Positions 9,064-17,239 of a DNA stretch of 28,521 bases are shown here, piece by piece (position 1 is the stretch's first letter; each line of letters opens with the position of its first letter). A program made the position numbers and the translations under genes. The DNA is taken from the NCBI GenBank assembly GCA_028691155.1, contig JAQUZV010000001.1, positions 1-28,521 of the forward strand, read 5' to 3'. The notes under the pieces were generated by a model. The model had not been told where the DNA came from and searched no databases. It saw only the letters and a program-made list of their open reading frames with translations. This stretch comes from Victivallales bacterium. Its GTDB lineage: Bacteria > Verrucomicrobiota > Lentisphaeria > Victivallales > SZUA-371.

Positions 9064-9558
9064 ATGACTAGGAAGATGGATAAATGTAAATTGATGATGC
9101 CGATGTTGCTGGTTTTCCTGTTTCCGGCATTTTTTTTTATCGCCGGCTGTAGTTCTGTCGTTGATCCCAACGATTTGCAGACGGTGGAAAACAATGTCCT
9201 GATTATTCCCGATCTCATCCATTATTTTGAAAAGAATAAAATCCCGATTGACAAGGTGGAGCTGATCCGTGCCGATGTCGCCCATGCCAATGATGCTGTC
9301 GCCATTAAAATTGCCGGCCGGGAAATCGGCATCTACAAATACAACGTCAATATCCGTAAGCAGCGGGAAAAACTGGCCCATATTGAAACGGAAAAATTCC
9401 TCTATCTGGTGGGAATAAAGTGCAACGTGCTGATCAACGGTTCATTTGTGATGGTCGGTTGGGAGGGAAATCCCCAAAAAGAATTGCTGGCAAAGGTCTT
9501 CATGAGTTTTTCCCCGAAAAGCGTTAATAATAGCGAAGCGTCAACCATAAAACGATAA
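9064..9558 (+). CDS. Hypothetical lipoprotein (164 aa)
   Basis: GGAG at 9054-9057 favours the ATG at 9064 over the TTG at 9025; basic N-region, hydrophobic stretch and lipobox IAG|C at Cys29. Confidence 0.75.
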   Translation: MTRKMDKCKLMMPMLLVFLFPAFFFIAGCSSVVDPNDLQTVENNVLIIPDLIHYFEKNKIPIDKVELIRADVAHANDAVAIKIAGREIGIYKYNVNIRKQREKLAHIETEKFLYLVGIKCNVLINGSFVMVGWEGNPQKELLAKVFMSFSPKSVNNSEASTIKR

Positions 9559-9573
9559 CGAGGGTTTCACGTT

Positions 9574-12372
9574 ATGGCACAAAAATTCGTTTATTTTTTC
9601 GGCAAAGGGCAGTCGGAAGGCAATGGTGCAATGAAAGCATTGTTGGGCGGCAAGGGCGCCAATCTGGCGGAAATGGCGGAGTTGGGATTGCCGGTCCCTC
9701 CCGGTTTTACCATTACTACGGAAGCATGCCATGAGTATTGCCGTCGGGGCCGGGATCAAATCTTTGCATTGCTGCAGGACGAAGTTGATGCTGCTTTGGC
9801 TCGGTTGGAACAGGCGACCGGGAAGACGTTTGGTTACGGTTCCCATCCGTTGTTGGTTTCGGTGCGTTCCGGGGCTGCCGTTTCCATGCCCGGAATGATG
9901 GATACGGTTCTGAATCTGGGGCTCAATGCCGCGACGGTTCAGACCATGATTGAACTTACCGGCAACGAACGCTTTGTCATGGATTCCTACCGCCGTTTTA
10001 TTCAGATGTTCGGCGATGTGGTGTTGGGTATTGCCCATAGCGAATTCGAACAGGCACTGGACGCGATAAAAAAAGACCGGGGCATCCATCTCGATACCGA
10101 ACTGACTACGGCGGACCTGAAAGAAGTTATTGCCCGTTACAAAACCGTGGTGCGTGAAGCTACCGGCGCCGATTTCCCGGAAGACCCCAAAGTGCAGCTC
10201 TGGCGCGGGATTCAGGCGGTATTTGATTCCTGGGACAATCCCCGTGCCATCAAATATCGTCAGATCAACGATATTCGCGGTCTGCTCGGAACTGCGGTCA
10301 ATGTCCAGGCGATGGTTTTCGGCAATTCCGGCGAAAACTCCGCTACCGGGGTGGCTTTTACCCGCGACCCTTCTACCGGTGAAAATCAATATTTTTACGG
10401 CGAATTTCTGATCAATGCCCAGGGGGAAGATGTGGTGGCCGGAATCCGTACTCCGCAGCAGATTACCCTGGCCGGATCCCGGGCTTGGGCCAAATCCCAG
10501 CAGGTCGGGGAGGCTGATCGCGCGGCCAAATATCCGTCTCTTGAAGAAGCCATGCCCGAATGTTTTGCCCAGCTCGATGCCATCCGTGTCAAGTTGGAAA
10601 ACTATTTCAAGGATATGCAGGACCTGGAATTTACGATTGAAAACGGAACGTTGTACATGCTTCAGACCCGCAACGGCAAGCGAACCGCCGCGGCGGCGGT
10701 GAAGATTGCTTCCGATCTGGCTCGGGAAGGTTTGATCGATGAAAAAACGGCCGTAATGCGGGTGGCTCCCGGCCAGTTGGACCAGTTGCTTCATCCGGTC
10801 TTCGTCAAAGCCGCGGAAGAGCAGGCGACCAAACTGACCGTAGGCTTGCCGGCGTCGCCGGGTGCTGCCGCCGGGATGGTGGTGTTCAGTGCCGAGCACG
10901 CCGAGAGCTGGGCCGTCGCCGGCAAGCCGGTGATTCTCTGTCGGATTGAGACCAGCCCGGAGGATATCGGGGGGATGCATGTTGCCAACGGCATTCTGAC
11001 GACTCGTGGCGGGATGACATCTCATGCGGCGGTGGTGGCCCGCGGGATGGGAACCTGTTGTGTCGCCGGTTGCGGGGATGTCAAGATCGATTACCGCAAG
11101 CGTCAGTTCTCCTGTGGCGGTATAACGGTTAAAGAAGGTGAGTGGATTTCGTTGAACGGTTCTACCGGAGCCGTATATCTCGGTTCGGTGGCTACCGTCG
11201 ATCCGGAATTGACCGGGCCGTTCGGGCAGATCATGGAGTTGGCCGACAAATATCGCCGTCTGGGCGTCAGAACCAATTCCGACACGCCGCATGATACCCG
11301 GGTGGCGGTCAAATTCGGTGCCGAAGGAATTGGTCTTTGCCGTACCGAACACATGTTTTTCGAAGGCGATCGCATTATCTCTTTCCGTCGACTGATTCTG
11401 GTGGCCGAAACGGTCAAAAAATTAAAGGATAAGTACGACGTCAAAACCCTGGATGCACTCAAGACCAAATGTGCCGCTGGTGAAAAATCGTTGGCGGCAA
11501 TTGACCAATATGAACAGGCGCTGGCGGAATTGCTGCCGTTGCAGCGGGGCGATTTCATTGGTATTTTCCAGGCTCTGGAAGGGCGTCCCTGCACCGTTCG
11601 GTTGCTGGATCCGCCGCTGCACGAGTTCCTGCCGCATGACGACAAGGGGCAACAGGAAATGGCCACTCAGCTTGACTGTTCGGTGGCCGAGGTCAGGGCG
11701 CTGGTGGAAAGTTTGAATGAATTCAACCCGATGCTGGGGCATCGCGGCTGCCGGTTGGGAATGACCTATCCGGAAGTTTCCGCGATGCAGTCCCGCGCCA
11801 TTGCGGAAGCCGCCTGCGAGGTCCCGGGTTCCAAGCCAGAAATCATGGTGCCGTTGGTGGGACATGTCCGGGAGTTGGCGATTCAGAAAGAAATCATTCT
11901 GGCGACAATAGCGCAGGTCGAACAGGAACGCGGGGTGAAATTGCCGGTTAAAATCGGGACGATGATCGAAGTGCCCCGGGCGGCGGTAACCGCCGACCAG
12001 ATCGCCGCGGAAGCCGAGTTTTTCTCTTTTGGCACCAATGACCTGACGCAGATGGGATGCGGTTTCTCCCGTGACGATGCCGGGAAGTTCCTCGGCGATT
12101 ACGTTAAATGGGACATCTACGAATATGATCCGTTCCAGGTGCTCGATCAGGAGGGCATCGGCGAACTGATCCGTATTGCCGTGGCGAAAGGGCGGTCGGT
12201 GCGGCCGGATATCAAGTTGGGTATCTGCGGTGAACATGGCGGCGAACCACGTACGGTGGAGTTTTGCCATCGGATCGGGTTGAACTATGTTTCCTGCAGC
12301 CCTTACCGGGTGCCGATCGCGCGTTTGGCGGCGGCTCAGGCGGCCATCCGGGCCTCGTTGCCGCCGCAATAA
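9574..12372 (+). CDS. ppdK: Pyruvate, phosphate dikinase
   Basis: Motifs LLGGKGANLAEM, SVRSGA...SMPGMMDT, phospho-His GGMTSHAAVVARG, GIGLCRTEHMF, FSFGTNDLTQ and GICGEHGG. Confidence 0.98.
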   Translation: MAQKFVYFFGKGQSEGNGAMKALLGGKGANLAEMAELGLPVPPGFTITTEACHEYCRRGRDQIFALLQDEVDAALARLEQATGKTFGYGSHPLLVSVRSGAAVSMPGMMDTVLNLGLNAATVQTMIELTGNERFVMDSYRRFIQMFGDVVLGIAHSEFEQALDAIKKDRGIHLDTELTTADLKEVIARYKTVVREATGADFPEDPKVQLWRGIQAVFDSWDNPRAIKYRQINDIRGLLGTAVNVQAMVFGNSGENSATGVAFTRDPSTGENQYFYGEFLINAQGEDVVAGIRTPQQITLAGSRAWAKSQQVGEADRAAKYPSLEEAMPECFAQLDAIRVKLENYFKDMQDLEFTIENGTLYMLQTRNGKRTAAAAVKIASDLAREGLIDEKTAVMRVAPGQLDQLLHPVFVKAAEEQATKLTVGLPASPGAAAGMVVFSAEHAESWAVAGKPVILCRIETSPEDIGGMHVANGILTTRGGMTSHAAVVARGMGTCCVAGCGDVKIDYRKRQFSCGGITVKEGEWISLNGSTGAVYLGSVATVDPELTGPFGQIMELADKYRRLGVRTNSDTPHDTRVAVKFGAEGIGLCRTEHMFFEGDRIISFRRLILVAETVKKLKDKYDVKTLDALKTKCAAGEKSLAAIDQYEQALAELLPLQRGDFIGIFQALEGRPCTVRLLDPPLHEFLPHDDKGQQEMATQLDCSVAEVRALVESLNEFNPMLGHRGCRLGMTYPEVSAMQSRAIAEAACEVPGSKPEIMVPLVGHVRELAIQKEIILATIAQVEQERGVKLPVKIGTMIEVPRAAVTADQIAAEAEFFSFGTNDLTQMGCGFSRDDAGKFLGDYVKWDIYEYDPFQVLDQEGIGELIRIAVAKGRSVRPDIKLGICGEHGGEPRTVEFCHRIGLNYVSCSPYRVPIARLAAAQAAIRASLPPQ

Positions 12373-12392
12373 GTCGATGCGGGATGACGATA

Positions 12393-12471
12393 CGGCTCGA
12401 ACCGCTTGAATCGGTTCGAGCCGGGCAATAAACGATATTTCGGATAGAACCGGCCCTCGGGCCGGTTCTAT
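12393..12471. terminator. Two perfect hairpins between convergent ppdK and the MarR gene
   Basis: cggctcgaaccg/cggttcgagccg (12 bp, 12393-12423) and atagaaccggccc/gggccggttctat (13 bp, 12444-12471, overlapping the MarR stop). Confidence 0.6.
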
Positions 12472-12935
12472 GCTTCCCGGGCCGGATGGGCCGGATAGGT
12501 GAATTTGCGACGGAGAATGGCTGCACTGCGGTTGATGGTGGCCTGTTCTTCCGGGGTGCAATCGCTCAGGATGGCGGCAACGCGGCGGCGGAATCTGGCG
12601 TCGATCTGTCGCATCTGTTCCTGTACCGCGGTGGTCAGGCACACCTGAATTTCCCGTCGATTGGCGGGATTGCGGTTGCGTTCGGCAATGCCGAGGCGGA
12701 CCATCTTGTCGACGGCAGCGGAAGCCGCCGAACTCGAAAGTCCGGTATAATGCATGATCGTCTGCAACGAACACGGTCCGTAACGGTCGATGGTGACCAG
12801 ATAATTAACCTGGCGCGGCGAGAGTTTTCCCACGATATCCTCGGCCTGGGTTTCCTCCCAATAGTCGGAAATATTGTGGCGCCGAAGAAATTCGACCGCA
12901 TAATGGGCGGCAAAAAAATCATCGAGCGTAGTCAT
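12468..12935 (-). CDS. MarR family transcriptional regulator
   Basis: Winged-helix pattern LSPRQVNYL...LSSSAASAAVDKMVRLG...NPANRREIQVCLT. AAGGAG spacing favours the ATG at 12935 (track start 12941). Confidence 0.9.
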   Translation of the reverse strand: MTTLDDFFAAHYAVEFLRRHNISDYWEETQAEDIVGKLSPRQVNYLVTIDRYGPCSLQTIMHYTGLSSSAASAAVDKMVRLGIAERNRNPANRREIQVCLTTAVQEQMRQIDARFRRRVAAILSDCTPEEQATINRSAAILRRKFTYPAHPAREA

Positions 12936-12953
12936 CGCCATTCTCCTTATCTT

Positions 12954-14348
12954 TTATACCGTTTCCGGAATTGATGTTTGGGACGTGGCGTTCGGTTTGG
13001 GCCTCCGGGACAGCAACTGCCTGGTCATTCGCCGCACCAGCCACATGCCTACGCCCCCGGCAATGACGTCGGCGATCAGCCGGGCGGCGAAAAGGACGTC
13101 CAGAGAATTGAAGACCAGTGCCAGCAATGAAAACGGGACCAGAAGCCCCAGAATTCGCAATGCATTGAGCCAGGCGGCGGCTTTGGGATGATTGCAGCCG
13201 GTAAAAATGAACCCGCAGTAGCGGTGGATTTCCGTCATCCCGAATCCCAGGGGAATAATGCGCAAATATGAGATCATAATGGTTTCGACGTGGGGATCGT
13301 CGGTAAACCATTTGACCATCCATGGCGCGGCGACAAAAAAGATTACGGCCATGCCCAGTTCGAAGAAACCGGCGAAACGCACGGCAAACCGGCGGCATTG
13401 GTCGATCCGTTCATACAGTCTGGCGCCGAAATTCTGTCCGATCATCGGCATCAGCGCCATGCCCAGCGACATCGGAACCACGAACGCCACCATTTCCAGC
13501 CGTCCTGCCGCCGCACAGGCCGCTACCGCCGTGTCGCCGAATTCCGCGACAATACGGGTGATAATGCCGTTGCCGATCGGCATCAGCAGCATTCCCGCGA
13601 TCGATGGAATCGCCACCCGCATAATGACACTCCAGGAACTTCGCAGTAATCGCCATTCGAAGATTTTCAACGTCAGCAGATGGTAGCGGTGATGGATGAT
13701 ATGCAGCAGTACTACCGCGGAAAGTCCTTGGGAAATAATGGTGGCGAGCGCGGCGCCGCACACTCCCATGGCGGGGATCGGTCCCCATCCGAAGATACAG
13801 ATGGGATCGAGAATGACATTGACGATCATACCCGCCATCATCATCGTGGCGGCGGCCCGTGGCGCTCCTGACGCGATCAGAAAATCGTTGCCGGCCATGG
13901 ACAGCGACATGGTTACACTGCCGAGATACCAGATTACCATGTAGGCATGGATCAAAGGCATGGTATCATTCCCGGCCCCGAATTTACGAAAGGTCCAGGC
14001 GATGGTCAGACTGCCGATGATCCCGGTGAATACCGACCAGAGAACCATCAGCAGCAGGCCGGAACTGGCTACTTTGGCGGCTTTGGCCGCCTTGCTGCCG
14101 CCGAAAGCATGCGACAACGGCGTCATGGCGCCGACGGCAATGCCGCGGTAGACGCAGCCGACCAACATAATCACGGGGAACGTGAATCCCATTGCCGCCA
14201 ACGGAATGGTGCCCAACTGGGCGACAAAATAGGTATCGGCGATATTGTATCCGGACATGGCCAGGGTCGCCGGAATCATGGACAGGGCGGTTTTTATCAT
14301 CGTTCCGCCAATGGAACCATGAATATAACCGGGCGCAGATTTTTTCAT
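12954..14348 (-). CDS. MATE family efflux transporter
   Basis: 464 aa, 12-TM pattern; motifs YNIADTYFVAQLG, NVILDPICIFG...MGVCGAALAT and GQNFGA. Confidence 0.93.
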   Translation of the reverse strand: MKKSAPGYIHGSIGGTMIKTALSMIPATLAMSGYNIADTYFVAQLGTIPLAAMGFTFPVIMLVGCVYRGIAVGAMTPLSHAFGGSKAAKAAKVASSGLLLMVLWSVFTGIIGSLTIAWTFRKFGAGNDTMPLIHAYMVIWYLGSVTMSLSMAGNDFLIASGAPRAAATMMMAGMIVNVILDPICIFGWGPIPAMGVCGAALATIISQGLSAVVLLHIIHHRYHLLTLKIFEWRLLRSSWSVIMRVAIPSIAGMLLMPIGNGIITRIVAEFGDTAVAACAAAGRLEMVAFVVPMSLGMALMPMIGQNFGARLYERIDQCRRFAVRFAGFFELGMAVIFFVAAPWMVKWFTDDPHVETIMISYLRIIPLGFGMTEIHRYCGFIFTGCNHPKAAAWLNALRILGLLVPFSLLALVFNSLDVLFAARLIADVIAGGVGMWLVRRMTRQLLSRRPKPNATSQTSIPETV

Positions 14349-14390
14349 TATATCTTTAAATCCTTGTTCGTAACGATTGTCTTGAAAAGA

Positions 14391-14451
14391 ATATTTCCAT
14401 TTTGGAATATTCCCAAAATGGGAATATAGCGGTTGCGAGTCATATAATCAA
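14391..14451 (-). promoter_or_regulatory. Promoter of the MATE-MarR operon with an overlapping dyad operator
   Basis: Minus strand TTGATT (14451-14446)-17 nt-TATATT (14428-14423). The dyad atattccc-aaaat-gggaatat (14407-14427) lies inside a 37-bp near-palindrome at 14391-14427. Confidence 0.65.
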
Positions 14452-14482
14452 ATCGTATCGACAAATGAAAAATCCTTTTCTT

Positions 14483-14540
14483 CGGAGTTTTTCCGGCCGG
14501 GAATTACGGCAATTATAGGCCGGATGATAAAAAAACTCCG
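14483..14540 (-). terminator. Long imperfect hairpin downstream of dapA (possible terminator)
   Basis: cggagttttt/aaaaactccg (10 bp) plus ccggcc/ggccgg (6 bp); no clean U-tract on the minus strand. Confidence 0.4.
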
Positions 14541-14584
14541 GCGGGATATACCGTTGGAGTTGCATTGCCGTCAAAACAGATGGC

Positions 14585-15454
14585 TTAGAGAATTCCGCAT
14601 TTTTCCATGGTTGCCTGAAGTTTGGCCCGATTGGCTTCGCTCATTTGGCACAGGGGCAGGCGATACTCTTCTTCCAGCATATTTTTCATTGCCATGGCCG
14701 CCTTGATGGGAATCGGGTTGGTTTCCAGGAACAAATCGCGGTAAACCGGATAATAGCGCCGATGCAGCTGCATGGCCTTGTCCACCTCACCCCGGGCAAA
14801 CGCGGTCACCATGGCGCAAACTTCGGCCGGAATCAAATTCGAGGCCACACTGACGATGCCGCGAGCTCCGACCGACATCATCGGAATCGTCAGGCTGTCG
14901 TCACCGCTCAGGACGGTAATATCACAGGCGTCGAGAATCTGCGAAACCCGGTCCACGCTGCCGGCTGCTTCCTTCACCGCGATGATATTGGCGTTACGGC
15001 TGAGGCGTACAATCGTCTCCACGCTGATAGGGACCCCGGCCCGGCCCGGAACATTATAAAGCACTACCGGCAATCCGGCGGCGTCGGCAATAGCGGAAAA
15101 GTGGCGATAAAGACCTTCCTGGGTCGGCTTGTTGTAATACGGCGTCACCTGCAAGGTGGCATCGGCGCCGAATTTTTTGGCTTCCAGGGTGAATTCGATG
15201 GCTTCCGAAGTGGAATTGGCTCCCGTGCCGGCAATAACCTGACAACGGCCGGCGACCCGCTTTATCACCGTTTCAATGACTTTCATGTGTTCCTGCACCG
15301 ATAAGGTCGGAGACTCTCCGGTTGTTCCCACCGGAACCAAACCGGCAACACCTCCGTCGATCTGCATATCCACCAATTCTTCCAGTCGGGAAAAATCTAC
15401 GGCTCCGTTGCGGAACGGAGTCACCATCGCCGTGTAAACGCCACGCAATTCCAT
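14585..15454 (-). CDS. dapA: 4-hydroxy-tetrahydrodipicolinate synthase
   Basis: Motifs GTTGESPTL, PYYNKP, LYNVPGR, catalytic Lys in AVKEA, LSGDD and TNPIPIK. Confidence 0.97.
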   Translation of the reverse strand: MELRGVYTAMVTPFRNGAVDFSRLEELVDMQIDGGVAGLVPVGTTGESPTLSVQEHMKVIETVIKRVAGRCQVIAGTGANSTSEAIEFTLEAKKFGADATLQVTPYYNKPTQEGLYRHFSAIADAAGLPVVLYNVPGRAGVPISVETIVRLSRNANIIAVKEAAGSVDRVSQILDACDITVLSGDDSLTIPMMSVGARGIVSVASNLIPAEVCAMVTAFARGEVDKAMQLHRRYYPVYRDLFLETNPIPIKAAMAMKNMLEEEYRLPLCQMSEANRAKLQATMEKCGIL

Positions 15455-15506
15455 CTTGATGATATCCTAAAAAACAATTAACTGTGTTCTACTTATAATC
15501 GTTTTT

Positions 15507-15535
15507 ACTATATGGTTGTTTGTCCGCCAAGTCAA
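15507..15535 (-). promoter_or_regulatory. Putative sigma70 promoter of dapA
   Basis: Minus strand TTGACT-17 nt-TATAGT. Confidence 0.65.
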
Positions 15536-16202
15536 TCGGCAATGTTTCTTTTCCCATGAAATAGTTATGGTATCTGATTGACAGGCTGGAAATTCAGGTT
15601 TGGAACTTGGACCAAGTTATTTAAGGTCATGGTTCGACATAATAGATTGCAGGATAGCGCTACTCAAGCTTATTACGTTTCGATCGCTGCGGACATCTCC
15701 CGGATAGGTGGAGTATCGGGAACAGAAAATACGTCTAATTCCCTGAAAACGGTTGAAATGGCCGAAACGAGTATTCGGGCACAAATAAAATACCGAACTT
15801 TTTATAATGTCATTTGAATGACTGTCGAATTGCTGCATTTGGGGCATCGTCGGCTGTTGCAGAAGAAAAGCGATAAACAGAAGCTTGCGTTCTATCGATG
15901 ATGATTAAAGTCAGGCTTAACGCAATTAATGAAACGATCCGCAAATACTGCCGATGGCGCTGCTTGCTTCAATGATGCTTGCTGATGCTTATACCCCGTC
16001 GTCAAGTCTTTTTTTATGTTGCTGTTGTGTATGTGCTTAAGATAAATAATCGGGAGCATTTGTTGTAAGTACTTAGATTCATGATTTCGATAAAAATAGG
16101 TTACATTATTTTTGTCGATGGGTGATACATTAAAAAATGTTCCGGTTATGTTCCAGTAATTATTGTTATCATAACGCTAAAAGACATAAAACGAAGACAA
16201 AT

Positions 16203-16235
16203 AAAAACCCGGGTTTGAGTTCAAAACCGGGTTTT
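16203..16235 (-). terminator. Intrinsic terminator after tRNA-Val
   Basis: aaaacccgg/ccgggtttt plus tttg/caaa stem, with a U-rich tail on the minus strand. Confidence 0.8.
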
Positions 16236-16249
16236 AAATATATATGAAA

Positions 16250-16326
<77 letters not shown>

Positions 16327-16333
16327 TCAATCA

Positions 16334-16564
16334 TTAACAGGCTTTCTTTACCGCACCGCTGCGGATGCAGGACGTACAGACCTTCATGCGCTTGACGGTT
16401 CCATTGACATTGACCCGAACATTCTGGATGTTAGGATTGAAAACACGCTTGTTATTCTTGACTACGTGCATCCCGATACCACCCTGTTTCTTCGCCAAAC
16501 CTCTCCGGGTAATGACACCGCCGACGGCTTTTTTCTTGCCGCATATTTCGCAAACATTACTCAT
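16334..16564 (-). CDS. rpmB: 50S ribosomal protein L28 (CxxC...CxxC form)
   Basis: CEICGKK, KRVFNPNIQNVRV and KRMKVCTSCIRSG; GGAG RBS. Confidence 0.97.
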   Translation of the reverse strand: MSNVCEICGKKKAVGGVITRRGLAKKQGGIGMHVVKNNKRVFNPNIQNVRVNVNGTVKRMKVCTSCIRSGAVKKAC

Positions 16565-16658
16565 TCTAAAAATTCTCCAGTTAAAACATTTTCCGGATCG
16601 GCTGTCGTCGGATAAATCCGGTTATTTCTATTGCTTGCGCAATTCAATATTCAAAAAT

Positions 16659-16734
16659 TGGTGGGTTGACCGGGACTCGAACCCGGGACCACCGCCTTAA
16701 AAGGGCGATGCTCTACCGACTGAGCTATCAACCC
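16659..16734 (-). tRNA. tRNA-Lys (TTT)
   Basis: 76-nt cloverleaf GGGTTGA...TCAACCCACCA; anticodon arm tcgcc-ctTTTaa-ggcgg. Confidence 0.98.
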
Positions 16735-16754
16735 ACCATGAGCATGAGCCATTA

Positions 16755-16782
16755 ATAATACCGCTGGTTTCCTTTTTTTCAA
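16755..16782 (-). promoter_or_regulatory. Putative promoter for tRNA-Lys/rpmB/tRNA-Val
   Basis: Minus strand TTGAAA-16 nt-TATTAT with an upstream A/T tract. Confidence 0.55.
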
Positions 16783-16959
16783 GCATTGTTTACAAAAAAA
16801 ATGCGTTTTTGTGATTTATTTGTTATGATTTTGGAAGCGCATATCACGCGGGACAGAAGTCGATTGAGACGGCAGTAATGTTTCATCTGATCGGATATGG
16901 AATAGTTGTGAACGGGGTGCTTATCGTGTGAGAATTGACGCTGTCAATTATTTTTCCGT

Positions 16960-17125
16960 ACGACATGAGATGTTTTTATCCGCTTTCCGTCACCCTTCGG
17001 TTTCGGGCATGATTCTTGGAACACCCGACTGAGGATGTGCCGTCATGTAATTAACTAAGATAACCATTTTTTAATCAATCGGTTATATGGTTATGGCGAC
17101 TGGGAGCCCCGGCGGGGGCTTTTTT
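16960..17125 (+). ncRNA. Candidate structured sRNA or attenuator leader (family unassigned; 5' end uncertain)
   Basis: Two stem-loops followed by an intrinsic terminator, with no plus-strand gene upstream. Confidence 0.3.
17105..17125 (+). terminator. Intrinsic terminator (orphan)
   Basis: agcccc-ggcg-ggggct followed by a T-run. Confidence 0.75.
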
Positions 17126-17146
17126 CGCTTTTTTTGCTCCATGTAT

Positions 17147-17175
17147 TTGCCAGAAACAGGAAATGCGAATATACT
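17147..17175 (+). promoter_or_regulatory. Putative sigma70 promoter of the DUF2760 gene
   Basis: TTGCCA-17 nt-TATACT. Confidence 0.65.
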
Positions 17176-17239
17176 TATCTTAAATTCATCGTGTAGTGAT
17201 GCTGTAATGATCGAATCAGTAGCGCAGGAGATGCTGAAT

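Noticed and set aside
9541-12774. 603-aa and 450-aa antisense ORFs over ppdK
   Set aside because: Shadow ORFs with no motifs, fully overlapping a confident gene
15578-15847. 79-aa and 76-aa ORFs in the AT-rich gap
   Set aside because: No RBS, no recognisable motif, and they overlap each other on opposite strands
15630-16180. Possible dif site or oriC in the AT-rich gap
   Set aside because: Only isolated half-arm resemblances (gttcgacataa; ttatgttccag) without the partner arm at 6-nt spacing; no TTATCCACA-like boxes and no dnaA or parA context
17024-17060. CTGAGGA hammerhead-like core and 6S-like TGAGATGTT in the candidate RNA
   Set aside because: No GAAA or stem II/III for a hammerhead, and the region does not fold into a single 180-nt rod with a central bubble
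17087-17239. N-terminal extension of the DUF2760 ORF in the track
   Set aside because: It runs through a terminator and the gene's own promoter; the RBS supports 17240
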